From Eledone cirrhosa (Eukaryota): DNA of 64,000 bases. Below, piece after piece: positions 27,345 to 40,145 of this stretch (its first letter is position 1; each line of letters begins with the position of its first letter). A program made the position numbers and the translations under genes. Under the pieces are notes generated by a model that had not been told where the DNA came from, ran no database searches, and saw nothing but the letters and a program-made list of their open reading frames with translations. The stretch lies in NCBI GenBank assembly GCA_964016885.1, contig OZ024755.1:13144001-13208000 (forward strand). Direction: 5' to 3'.

Positions 27345-27500
27345 ATTGTGTATGAAGTGCAGTGCTGCATGGTATTGAAACATGGGCAGTGATTGTTGAG
27401 GACATGCATAGACTGGAGAGAAATTAATCAACCATGTTTTGTTGGATGTGCAATGTAAATATGAGAGAAAGGCAGAGTTTAGATGAACTGAGGGAGACCC
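27345..27500 (+). mobile_element. RTE LINE internal fragment
   Basis: SAVLHGIETWAVIVEDMHRLERN*STMFCWMCNV..ELRE resembles the RTE post-RT motif LYG.ETW. Confidence 0.7.
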
Positions 27501-28257
27501 TTGTTCTAGCTACTACACACTCAACTACTACTGCCCCAGGCCCTTGTTTTAGCATCTGTACCCTGTATTAATGAACCATTAGTATTTATTGTTTGGTTGA
27601 ATCTTATAGAGTAGAAGAAAAAAATTTCATGTTGGTCATTTATACTAGTAATTAGTATTAAATACATTTTCACTTTGGTGTTTAGTAGCAATACAACTTA
27701 ATTGGTGCTCTTTAATCTTGTCATATTAATTATATACAGGTGAGAACTCTGCTTTAAACAAAGCTTATTACTCTGTTGCATTATGGCTCAGGTAAACTTT
27801 GTGCAATTACACTGATGACTATTAATCATTGTTACCTGCATTTATGGTCATTTAGATCTTACCTATCAAATATATGAAACCTTTTACTTGTTGATTGGTT
27901 GTTTCAAATTTTTGGTTCTCAAATATCTTCCTTGCCTACATCACCATCATCATCATCATCATCTCATCACCACCACCATCCCCACCACTATCATCACCAC
28001 CACTATTATCATCATTACCCTCATCACCATTATTATCACCATCATCATAATCAATAGCATATATTCCAAGATAAATGAAAGCATTGCTTACCCTGTAAAA
28101 ATTATGTAATTATCTTGTATATTTATTGTGGCATAGTTTCATACACTATTAGATTCATTATTATAGTATTTGAATAATAAGATTAACCTTTTAGAATAAC
28201 ATAATAAATTAATAATGGTTTTAACTGTTTATGAATCTGTTAGATTTTATTTTGAAA

Positions 28258-28850
28258 GAGATGGTACCATTGTGTGAGGCTAGTGTCCCTCAGTGAGATG
28301 GTACCACTGTGTGAGGCTAGTGTCCCTCAGTGAGGTGGTACCACTGTGTGAGGCTAGTGTCCCTCAGTGAGATGGTACCACTGTGTGAGGCTAGTGTCCC
28401 TCAGTGAGATGGTATCACTGTGTGAGGCTAGTGTCCCTCAGTGAGATGGTATCACTGTGTGAGGCTAGTGTCCCTCAGTGAGATGGTACCACTGTGTGAG
28501 GCTAGTGTCCCTCAGTGAGATGGTATCACTGTGTGAGGCTAGTGTCCCTCAGTGAGATGGTATCACTGTGTGAGGCTAGTGTCCCTCAGTGAGATGGTAT
28601 CACTGTGTGAGGCTAGTGTCCCTCAGTGAGATGGTATCACTGTGTGAGGCTAGTGTCCCTCAGTGAGATGGTATCACTGAGTGAAGCTACTGTCTCCCAA
28701 TGAGATGGTATTACTGTGTAAGGTTACACACCCTCAAAGAGATGATATTACTGAGGCTCCTGTCCCTCAAAGAGATCGTGCCATTGTGTGAGGTTACAGT
28801 CCTACAAAGAGATGGTATCACCATGTGAGGTTACTGTCCCTCAAATACAC
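28258..28850. repeat. 37 bp minisatellite GAGATGGTA(C/T)CACTGTGTGAGGCTAGTGTCCCTCAGT
   Basis: About 11 near-identical units then about 5 decaying units; no spacers. Confidence 0.95.
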
Positions 28851-31800
28851 AATACCCCATTTGCTTACCATAACAACATTCCACTGATCATCATCATCAT
28901 CATCAGAGATAAAATTACTAATAAGGATTCATGTAATTTTATATTGTGAAGGTTGCTTAAATAAAGGACTACCATTACTCATTATAAACATAGTATATAG
29001 TCCTTTGTAGTATGTTGTACTAGTTATACATATAAAGAGTATCATTAGATAACAGTTAACATCATCATCATCATAATCAGTATGAACTGTGTAACACCTG
29101 TCCTTCTGAACAGCTGTTCATCTGTCTCTGTCGCTAATTTACCTGTCAGATGTGACTTATGAAGATTTGATTTAACTACTTTTTACTTCCATCTAGAAAA
29201 TACATCAGATCTGATCAGCTACTGATTCTCTGCCAAAGCTCAGTACTGATCTTACATCTATGATAGTGCTACTGCTAAACATACCTAAACATACATAGAC
29301 CCATATTACAGTACTGATCTCACATCTAGGATGGTGCTACTGTTATACAAACACACACTCACACAAACACACAACCTCTATTACAGTACAGCTCCCACAT
29401 TTAGGATAGTGTTGCTGCTACACACACACACACACACACTCACACATCCTAGACTCTTATGACTACCACTCCCACATTTTGGGTGGTGTTTACACACGTT
29501 TACTGAGGTAACTGTGATGTGACCACAGCATAGCATAATATACCTTCGGGACATTTGTCTATTATAGATTAACATATTATATATCCTTCCATATACACCT
29601 CTATACTTCATGTATGTATCAACTCCCAGTCAATATCAGTTTTTACCTACCTCATCTATATCCAATCATTGTGCCTAACGTAGAAACAATTATCATTTAA
29701 CATCCATTTTCCATGCTAGCATGGGTTAGACGAGTTGTTCCGTTGTCAGGTCAAGTGTCCATGTCATGCTCATACAGAACTGGTTTCTACAGCTGGATGC
29801 CCTTCCTAATGCTAACCACAATTACAGTGAGTACTGGGTGCTTTTTGTCGTAGAAATAAAATACTAAATAGATTTCTATTGGAACTCAGACCATAAAGAA
29901 CCAGAAGAAAACATTTTGCCCAACTCTCTAATATTTCTGCCACTTCACTGCCATCAACAACATTTATATCTCAACACTTTTGTGTGTATTAGTTATGCTT
30001 GCCTAACTACACCTATCGCAATATCACCAACAGTCTGATGAGCTTATCAGCACAAGGAATATGAATATTTGTGCCAAATAAAAACAATTTTTAAACTGTC
30101 AAGCAATCAATCTTTCTAGTTGAAACAAACAAGATCTGAAGAAATGAAGATTTTATCAAAATTTGGTTGATTCTTATGAGATATCAAACTATCTGAGACT
30201 GCCTCTGGTTCTACAATATGGAACTATTTAAACAACCAGACTTAAGAAACATTGGGAAATTTTTTTAATTGAAATATAGACATCCCAATGCAAGTAACTA
30301 TAATAATAGTTGAGAAATGGAGGCTTTTTAGATAAATATAAACATTTAAACTCTTTCATTACCATATTTCTAATTAAAGGCACTCTATAATTTTCAAATA
30401 ATTTTGAAAATAATCAACAATTTTGAGGGATTTAGTAATATAACTAACTTTCTCATTACTAAGCTGGAGTTTGTGCCTATGTGGAAAGCACCCCTGTTCA
30501 CACTGAGGCCTCTGTCCACTTTTTTCTGTCTCCTGGAGTATTTTACCCAATTTTCTCAGCTATTATCTATAGTGATCGACTTACATCTACATTTAAAATG
30601 AAACTATTTATTTTAAAATTTATCTGAAAATTTTCCATATCTTTATGTTCCAAACACCAGCTTAATAATGAGAAAGTTGGTTTTATTACTAAATCCCTCA
30701 AAAATTTGATTATTTTCAAAAATTATTTTAAAACTAGTATTTTTCATTAGAAATATGATAACAAAAGAGTTTAAATGTTTATATTTATCTTTTAAAAAAA
30801 CTTCCACCCTAATTTTATCATCATCATCATATATCAGAATATTTAAGTTATGCTCCAAACACCAATAAATGTGAGTGGGGGATTGAAGGAATTGCTTTTT
30901 TGGTATCTGATCTAGCTCTGTTTAAATCTCACCTTCTTTTGTCAAGAGTTGTGACCAGTAGATAGTATCAGCTATGGAGATAATTTCCTTAGTCTTATCT
31001 GAAAATAGACTCCTTTCTATTTTTTTCTTTTCTTTAGAAATATGGTAACAAAAGTCTTCAACCATATTTTCTTTGTTTTAGACTTTTGTCTATTTCCAGA
31101 CCAGCTACATATTTATGAAACTTCTACTGATCACTTACACTACAAATAATTGTGATTGTCTTTCAATATAACCATTACAGCATTGAATAACCTGTCTTTA
31201 TCTCTACAACATATGGTTACTGGTAATTGGAGCTTGTTGAGATATCTAGGAAGGAGTAGTATGTAGGATTAATATCAGCTACTAACCTATTATATATACT
31301 CTGTTCTATTGAGCCATCCTTCCTTCTTCTTTCAGTCATCTGTGTGATCTAGGTTGATGAAACACATCTCCACCCCCATCACACCACACCCCCACACCAC
31401 CATGCCCTTCTCTATTGGTTACAGTCAGTTTTATTTACATTATGAAACACAATCCAAGTCAACTAATGTTAAATTTTAATAGACCAATCAGTACACAGAG
31501 AAATCAGTATACTGACCAATCACTGAGTTCTGTATAGGTTTGGCATCATCATCATCGTCACCATCATCACCACTATCACTATCATCATAGTTAAAATATT
31601 GTGATCCATCCATGCCTTTAGTGAAAGACAACAACAACACCTAATCATACTCAGCCCTACCATCTAAACTGGACCCAGTGGGTATAAGAGGGTTTGATGA
31701 CTAGAGAACAAAGGTGAGGATTTTAATATTGACTTCTATGTTATCTACCTTCAGTAGCTACTGCTCTGAACTGAGAGTATGATATGTAGGAGGTGAGGAG

Positions 31801-32679
31801 GGAAAGATTTGATTCACAGTTCTGGAGTTAGTGTGATGGGGTGTAGGGTGAGGGAATATTCAAGAATTCTCTCCCACCCCTATCTTTTTTCTTTCTTTTC
31901 AAATCCAAATTAATTATAATCTTGGAATGATCTCAAATTCCTCAACAATGCTTCAACTTCAGTTGGGAAGCCAAAATCTCCCATGTGTTATATTTCATAT
32001 CTAAACTACTTTGGGTCTTTTATATAATTAACAGCTTCTCGTAAAAAAAAGTTACCAGGGCTTTTTAATGTTGTTTTACTCATGATAAATATATATATAT
32101 ATTCTTGTTACTGTTTAATGAGCAGACCTTTGGTAAAGGGTGTTACCTCATAAACTAAACCTGTGAGATATAATAGTCTATCTTTCAGGCACTTATCCCA
32201 GCTTACCTTAGATATTATTTTCACTGACTCAGCTTCTAAATGTACTGTAAGAATATCAGGGACTCTTTTAGACAAGGCATCAAAGATTACAAATTGTTTA
32301 TTATTTACATAAATGGAGACAAGGTGCAGTTTGCCTTCATGGAAATATGTAAGACATGAATCACTGGCTCACATAAATATTACTTATTAAATCACCAACT
32401 TAATAAAATACTAATTATTACATCACTAGTTCACCAAAATATTACTTACTAAATCACCAACTCACTGAAATATTAATTATTACATTACTAACTTCCTAAA
32501 ATACTTACTAGTTATTACCTCAGATAACTAAAATTAGAGAGGAAATGTTGAGATGATAGCAATATAATATATATATATATATATATTTAAAAGTGAAAAG
32601 AAAATATGTTGTGGAAGTATGACTGAGATAGGAAATGCTTTGTGTGTATTTTTTTTTGTGTAAATCTTATACTGTTGCA

Positions 32680-32710
<31 letters not shown>

Positions 32711-32715
<5 letters not shown>

Positions 32716-32895
32716 AAAAAGTTTAACCCCGACGGCAGAGCTCAAGCCGTTTCGACGGCTATTTCTGGATGTTGAAACGGCTTGAGCTCTGCCATTGGGG
32801 TTAAACTTTTTCCTATTACCCACTCTACTACCCTAAGTATTGACTACTCTGGTGCGTTATGGTCCCTCTGGTTTCGTACCACACCTCCTTCGTTA
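32711..32895 (+). mobile_element. foldback element (46 bp arms plus ~75 nt tail) inserted in (TA)n
   Basis: Arms 32711-32756 and 32771-32816 with three CpG-type differences; TA repeats on both sides. Confidence 0.7.
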
Positions 32896-33347
32896 TATAT
32901 ATATAAACATGTGTTTTAGAAATGATGAGTGAAATTTGAAATTTATGAGAAAGTTTGAAACTTCATGAATTTTTTTGATTATAGGGAAATAAATAATAAA
33001 GCAGCCTCTGTTAGTATCTAATATTTTTATGGCTGTGCCCCAGAATGGCCTAAGCTAGACAGCTGGAAGAGGTAAAAAAGTAAAAGAGTAATAGAAGCTC
33101 CCTTAAAAGAAAACTGGACATTAGCACCTGTGTGATATGAGCCCATATCTTCATGCTTGCTGGGCAAATGTGCTACCATTACGCCGAAGTTCCCATCACA
33201 TTTTCTTCCATTATTTTAAAACTACACATACATAATGAGAAATAAACAAACATGTTATGGAAACAATAAGCAGATTTTGAAATCTATGAGAAAGAAGCTT
33301 CATCAAATGTATTTTTTTACTCTAAATAATAGGGCATATAAGCACCC

Positions 33348-33577
33348 TTAACCCTTTAGCATTCATATTATTTTATATATATACTATTATATTTTCATGG
33401 TAAAGGCTTTACCTCGCTTAATTATCTCACATAATATTGAATCTATGAGATTTTGAAAGTATTTATTTTGAGAACAAAACCTTAACATCAGTTTGAGCGA
33501 CCAGTTACAGCCAGTTTCAACAGAAAGAGCTAGAGAATTCTGGCCGGTTTTGGCCGGTTTGAACATTAAAGGGTTAA
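33348..33577 (+). mobile_element. piggyBac-type MITE
   Basis: TTAA-CCCTTTA...TAAAGGG-TTAA termini; four copies in the window. Confidence 0.8.
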
Positions 33578-33862
33578 TGGAAAAATGAACATAAGCAGCT
33601 GTAGGGTTCATATGCCTTATTATTTAGACCATTTCTCTTGAGTAAAAATAATTTGATGAAGCTTCTAACTTTCTCATATATATATGTAGGAGGTGAGTTT
33701 TATTGTAGTACAATAAAGCAATGCAAATATCAGATAAGTAGCACTCTACAGTTTGTAGGACTGGAGTATAAATAATATAAGATCAAAAGATGGTTAAAAG
33801 AGTTCCAAGATTTAAAACTTCACTATTCACAAGTGTTTTTTAACCTTCATATCATGTATCCC

Positions 33863-33933
33863 TATTTTATCTGATGAAAACGCAGATATCATCTCATGAT
33901 GATATTTGTTTTTGAAATGTGCATAATAAAATA
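33863..33933 (+). ncRNA. type I hammerhead ribozyme motif (Penelope-like pLTR type) in APEH intron 1
   Basis: Stem I TATTTTAT/ATAAAATA, CTGATGA (33871-33877), 16-position stem II with 15 pairs, GAAA (33914-33917), self-complementary stem III ATGTGCAT, AUA cleavage triplet ending at 33925. Confidence 0.8.
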
Positions 33934-34254
33934 CTTGGAACTCTTTTAACCATTTTTTATCTTATATTATATATATATATACACACACGCAATTTTTTTT
34001 TTTTGTAAAATACAAAAATTTTGCATATAAATCTTGGCCTGAGGTTGTACAAAAAAAGAAAATACCACTGACACTGAAATATATTTTCTAAGAGCTTCAA
34101 TAATTAATATATAACTGTATGAAGTGTGTGTGTGTGATGATAGCTACCAAATTTCTTGCTTTTGCTTTTCAAATTAAGTTATTGCCTTGCCAAAGAATTT
34201 GGGATGCTTCCAAATTGTTCCTTTTTGAGCCTTTCTTTAAATATTTCTTTTCAG

Positions 34255-34484
34255 GTAGAGGAAGCCATCTCCATTTACAGAGAATATTCCAAATTCCCTG
34301 TTGTGTCAAGTGCCAAAATTAGTTTTCCAGAAGGTTCATCTCACATCATTGTTAACAGTGAAAGTACTCAACGAGATTTAGAGAGAAGGGAGCAGGTGAA
34401 GTTTAGCCGAAACCATATTCTTACTCATGAACATGGAAAATATTCTGTATTGTATAAAACTCCTCCAACAGAATTATCCAAAGA
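34255..34484 (+). CDS. APEH: APEH exon 2 (VEEAISIYREYSKFP...TQRDLERREQVKFSR...ELSKE)
   Basis: tttcAG acceptor, GA|GTAAGT donor, N-terminal APEH motif TQRDLER. Confidence 0.95.
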
Positions 34485-34677
34485 GTAAGTTCATTCTTTC
34501 ATTCCTTCATTTTATATTCATTCTAGTAATTTATTATTTCTGAAGTTAGCTTTGCCTTTCATCCTTTCGTGGGGAGTCGATAAAATAAAGTACCAGTAAT
34601 GTACTGGAGTCGATTTAATTGACATCCACCCCCCAGACAAAATTTGTTGGCCTTGTGCCTCAATCACAAACCATTAT

Positions 34678-34870
34678 GGGCATGTGGTTAGAATGTCTCA
34701 GGAAAGAATCGAGCAAGATGGTTGGATAACATCCATGAGCTTGGCTGGTCACACTTGGGGATCTAGCCAGATAAGTTGGAGACAGTTGCTTCTGACAGGA
34801 CCCACTGGAGGGAGTGTTTGAGGACTCAGCCCCTCACTCCTTCTCAAGAATAAGTAGGCGAAGAAGAAGA
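34678..34870 (+). mobile_element. RTE LINE 3' fragment with (GAA)n tail
   Basis: GHVVRMSQER..RWLDNIHELG..LETVASDRTHWRECL. Confidence 0.7.
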
Positions 34871-35694
34871 TATTTATTTATTTTGTAGAGCGTTATTGGT
34901 TAGTCAGGAGGAAGAGCCAATGCCCATGACCCTTTTCAGTTTTGGCTGGGATGGTATTAAAAGGGTTAAAATCTATTTTACCATGGAGTAAAAGAGAAAT
35001 CTTTTATGTTTGTGGACAAGAACCAGTGCTGAAAAGTTAAAACTTCTTTTCTTCCCCATGATGAAATATATTATTCCACTTTACTAACTTTGCAACTTCC
35101 CAAGTCTATTGTTCTCTCTTTCTTTCTGAACTGCCATATTTCTGAAACATGAAATATTCTTCAATTAACACTAATTAGTCAGTCATTGTTCATTGTAGTT
35201 GTTCTTCCTCCTCCATTTTCTTTTCTTTTCTTCTTCCTCCTTTTCTTCTTTCTTCTTATCTGTTTCTTTCTTTTTTTTTCTTCCTTCTTTCTTCCACCAC
35301 CATCACCATTTCTCTCTACAATGACCCAGTAAAAGCCAACAAAGGAAGCCCCCCCCCCCCCCCCCCCCCCAAATGGTTGCTCAATTTACTATAAATAGCA
35401 GTGAAATCTCTCTCGCAACACCCCCTACTTTTTAAAAAAAAAAGGTAAGGAAAGGTTGCATAAGATAATGCAATCTCAGATTATACTATGACTGAGAAAA
35501 AAAGATAAGATGGTCAGAACTGGAATGTCTCTTTGATCAGGGCTAACTTAGGTTTAAACAACAATTATGACTCAATCAATTAGCAGCAAATATCCTCAGC
35601 AAGGAACCAATAATGAACATTAACTCTTTGGAGACCAAACCACTTGAAATCACTCCTCTTCCAAGAGTTGTGGGAGTAGAGTTCTCAGACATGC

Positions 35695-35908
35695 CTTCTA
35701 TGCTTTCTAGAGCATCCTGTCAGAAGCAGCTGTCTCCAATTGATCCAGCATCACCTCCAAATTAGGACATCCAAGCTTGAAAATGCTATCCAATCATGTT
35801 GCTCTTGGTCTACCTCTTGGGCTCTTTTCGGTTGGTTTTGCTCATAAAGTCTGTCCAGTGATTCTTTCCTTTGACATTCTAATCAAATGTCCATAGTACC
35901 AAAGCTGT
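35695..35908 (-). mobile_element. RTE LINE fragment (related to 34678-34870, opposite strand)
   Basis: QLWYYGHLIRMSKERI..KSPRGRPRAT..LETAASDR. Confidence 0.7.
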
Positions 35909-35920
35909 GTTAATATTTAT

Positions 35921-36340
35921 AATAATTGTTTCTACTTTTGGCACAAGGCCAGCAATTACCCAGTGCATTACTTGTACTTTATTTTATTTTATTCATATTT
36001 ATAATAATTGTTTCTACTTTTGGCACACGGCCAGCAATTACCCAGTACATTACTGGTACTTTATTTTATCGACCCCGTAAGGATGAAAGGCAAAGTTTAA
36101 CCTCGGCGAGATTTGAACTCAGAATGATAAGGGCCGTAACTCTATGCGTCAAAGCATGGCGTCCGACCCTCTACCGATACTGCCAATCCACCACCCTGCC
36201 AATCCATTAATATTTATAATAATTGTTTCTATTTTAGGCACAAGGCCAGCAATTACCCAGTACAATAATTGTTTCTACCTTTGGCACAAGGCCAGCAATT
36301 ACCCAGTACATTACTGGTACTTTATTTTATCGACCCAGTA
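35921..36340 (-). mobile_element. SINE with locally duplicated 3' segments
   Basis: Full copy at ~36000-36200 plus three extra copies of TTGTTTCTA..TTGGCACAAGGCCAGCAATTACCCAGT. Confidence 0.8.
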
Positions 36341-38740
36341 CAATAATAATGATTATTATTATTCACTATTGTCAATAAGTATGTACTGTTAGTATACACA
36401 AAAAAAAAATTGGCATTTTTCCCAGTATTAGTTTTATTTATTTATTGTTGTTAATATTATTATTACAATTAAAGTAGAGTCGATTAGGTTTAGCAATATT
36501 ATTATTATTATTAAGTTTATTGGCACAACACCAAATTTTACATTATTGGAATGCTGTAATGATATACTTTAGCTCTGTAATTCCTAATTGGAGACAGAAT
36601 GTTCTGTCCCAAGGGAAACTTTAAGTAATTTTTCCCACAGACTATTTCCTATTAAATAAATAGCCAGAAGTATTGAATATTTATAATCATATTTTTATAA
36701 TGAGAGTTGATCTATTTATACATTTATGTCTCCTTTATTAAATCAATCATTTTTACTGAAGGTTTGCATAAAAACTCCTGATTAAAAATAAGGAAAACAA
36801 ATATTGTTTTTTAATTGATAATTCATCATTTAATGTTTGTTTATTCATGCTGGTATGGGTTAGACAGGTCATTACAGCCATGTTTGATTTACTCGATTAT
36901 ATCAAACTCAGAATTTATTTTGTCTAACTGCTTAGTTATGGGACGAACACAAACATAAACACACATACACACATGATGGGCTTCTGCAATGTCTGTCTAC
37001 CAAATTTCATTCACTAGGCATTAGTCAACCCATGACTATGGTAGAAAGCACTTTCCTAAAGTGCCACATAGTGGGATAGAACCCAAAACCAGAACAAACT
37101 GGTTGTGAAAACAAATTCCTTAATGTCACAGCCATGCATGAGACTTTTGTAAGTCAGCTATTTTTGTTGATAGCTTATTTACATACAGTTCACACTTGAC
37201 TGACTAATAATAATTAACAATAACACTAATACAATGTGATCTAAAATAAAGGCATGAATAAATACTTAAATGAAACAGAATTCCTGAAAGTTTCACACAA
37301 CTAGAATATACATTAAAGGCCATGACTTGTAGAAATGTTAGTTTTATTTGTCAGTTGAACAATATGAAATGTTTGACAACAATAAACTTAAGCCTAATAA
37401 TAAACTTTTAATTTTGTATGTACTTTTCCAGTGAATTTATAGATTACAACATTGTTTTTTGACATATAGTACACTTTTGTCTTGGAAGAATAGGAATGGT
37501 ATACAGTTGTAGATGGTTCTTTGTTAGTATTACCATTGACATAACAGTCTCTCTCTTTAATGCTGGAGCCATAATAAAATGCACCCAGTACACTCTGTTA
37601 AGCAGTTGATGATGACACAGAGACAATATAGGTGCAAGAGAGCTCTTTTGTCTTGTTGATGACATGGCAACTTTTCTAGTCCAGGAGCTATGATAAAATG
37701 CTCCCAGTACACCCTGTAAACTGGTTGACACTCAGAGACAGATACAAGCTTTTTAGTTTTATTAATGACCTGAAAACCTTTCTAGTGTTGGAGCCATAAT
37801 AAAATGCACTCAGTACACCCTGTAAAATGGTTAATGATCAGACAATATATATGCAAGCTTTTTACTTTTGTCAAGGGTATGGCAACCTTTCTAGTGCTGG
37901 AATTAAAATAAAATGTACCCTACACATTCTGTTAAATGGCTGGTGTTAGGAAGGGCGTCCAGCTATAAAAACTATGAAACCATGCCAAAAATTGAAATGT
38001 ATGTTTGCTTTACGAGGGTAGTAACTAAAAAAATGAACTGACATAGACTGTAACAACCCATCCCATCCATGGCAACATAGAAAGCAGACATTAAATGATG
38101 ATGATGATGATGAATGCATAAGTTTCACAATAAATTATCCAAAATAAAATTCTTTTGCCAGATTCTTTCATGCTCTCTTACCCTTTCTGATACTAGCCTG
38201 TCTGAAACCACCCTTGATTTTATTATACAAAACTCTCTTTGAAGTGTTCATAATTTTATGGAAGAACTTTTTCTTAAGTAATAACAAAAACGTTATTTTA
38301 CTAAATTCCTCTAATTGTTTCAATTATTTTCAACATTAATTAAAACATATAGGCAATGTATGTATTTAGAAATATGGTAATGAAAGGATTAACAATGTTT
38401 TGACAATTTCTGGTTTACTAATTAGAACAGATATTTTTTCTAAAGTAATGTTCCTGTTATATTTATAATTTTAAATATTTTAGGAATGGTATGCAGCTGT
38501 AGAAATTATGCCATTAATGCCAAAAACAAAAAGTGTTGAGAGGACTCTTCAGTTATGCCAATGGCATGACAACCTATCTAGTGTTGTTGGTGACACAATA
38601 AAATGCACCCAGTACACTCTGTAAAGTGGCTAGTGATAGGAATGGCATCCAGTCATAGAAACCTTGCTAAAAAAAAAAATAGTTGAGATGATTGTTCAGA
38701 GCACTGAATCTGTGATAAATGTTTGGAATATACAAATTTA

Positions 38741-38967
38741 TTAACCCTTTAGCATTTAAACCGGCCATATCTGGCCAGAATTCTCTCACCTCATTTTTTT
38801 CAAACTGGCTGTAACTGGCTCCTCATATTGACGTTAAGGTATTGTTTTCAAAATAAATATCAAAATCTTGTAGATTCAATAATATGTGAGATAATTATGT
38901 AAGATCAAGCCTTTGCCGCAAAAAATACAATAGTATATATAGAGTAATGTAAATGCTAAAGGGCTAA
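38741..38967 (-). mobile_element. piggyBac-type MITE, inverted relative to 33348-33577
   Basis: Same termini; internal sequence is the reverse complement. Confidence 0.8.
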
Positions 38968-39959
38968 ACTAATATTAAACACAACATATTTGTTACAACT
39001 GTTTCGCTGCTTAGAGATTGAGTTCAGTGCTTGCAGCTCAAGAATTCCAACGTTAATGAAGGATTAGATATATAAAATACAAAAAAAAAAACCAACAGGA
39101 ATTCTTAAATATTAATTATGGCAACTGTTAATTAGCTCTGAGCTATGTACTAAATTATATATAGTTTCTCTTCCCACATGTTCACTCGCAGAAGAATAAT
39201 TATATCAATTATGATTAGTGGTTACTTAACGAACAATGACTTTATAAAAATATGAAATTTTATTTGCTATCTTTTAAAAAAAAGAAGCAACACATGAACA
39301 CATATTTATTGTTTCCAGGTTAATTACTCTGCTTTCAGTTGTAACACATTAACAACTTGAATTCCACCAGAACAAATGGATTGCAAATATTTATATATAT
39401 TTGTGCGCATGCCACACACACAGTCAGACAGACACACACTAGATAATGATGATATTTATACACACTTATACATACAAGAATTTATCATCATCATCATTGT
39501 TTTTATATCCGGTTTTTCCACATTTGCATGGGTTGGACGGGTCCTTTTCAGCATAACATCTCTCCACTTGCCACATTCCTTCATCATATTCTCTATCAAG
39601 AGCTTAACAACCTCTCTAATGCTGGGAATCTACATGATAAATGCACCCAGTACACTCTGTAAAGCCATTAGTGATAGGAAGGGCATCCATCTGTAGAAAA
39701 CTAGCGAAACAAATGGTTGGGAAGACTCTTCAGTCTTGGTGTCACGATATAATGTTCTCAGTAGAGTGTGGGATCATATGTTGGATCCCCGACCCAGCTG
39801 GAGATAAGTGGCTTTGACCAGTCTATGATGACACGTCCAACCCTTTTCTAGCAGGGAAAATGGACGCTAAACAATGATGATGATGGCGACAATACTCACA
39901 CACAGAAGGTTATCGCCATTCACCTCTCTCTCTCTCTCTCTCACAGATACACACAGAAG

Positions 39960-40145
39960 AATATCCGCACTCACACACACACACACAAGAATATCTACAC
40001 ACACACAAGGATGTCTACACACACACACAAGGATATCTACACACACACAAGGATGTCTATACACACACAAGGATGTCTACACACACACAAGGATATCTAC
40101 ACACACACAAGGATGTCTACACACACACAGAAAGATATCCACACT
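39960..40145. repeat. ~20 bp CA-based repeat (ACACACACACAAGGAT(A/G)TCT)
   Basis: Direct reading. Confidence 0.85.

Noticed and set aside
28258-28850. CRISPR-like 37 bp palindromic repeats
   Set aside because: Units are head-to-tail with no unique spacers, there are no cas genes, and the context is a eukaryotic intron.
30037-30085. CTGATGAG followed by a hairpin
   Set aside because: No correctly placed GAAA, stem III or stem I.
34204-34254. In-frame ATG upstream of exon 2 as the APEH start
   Set aside because: The stretch is a typical polypyrimidine tract ending in cAG with no promoter signs; intronic is more likely, though not excluded.
35349-35370. Long C run (and G run near 55853-55870) as functional G-quadruplexes
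   Set aside because: Homopolymers inside repeat remnants; length is unreliable and there is no supporting context.
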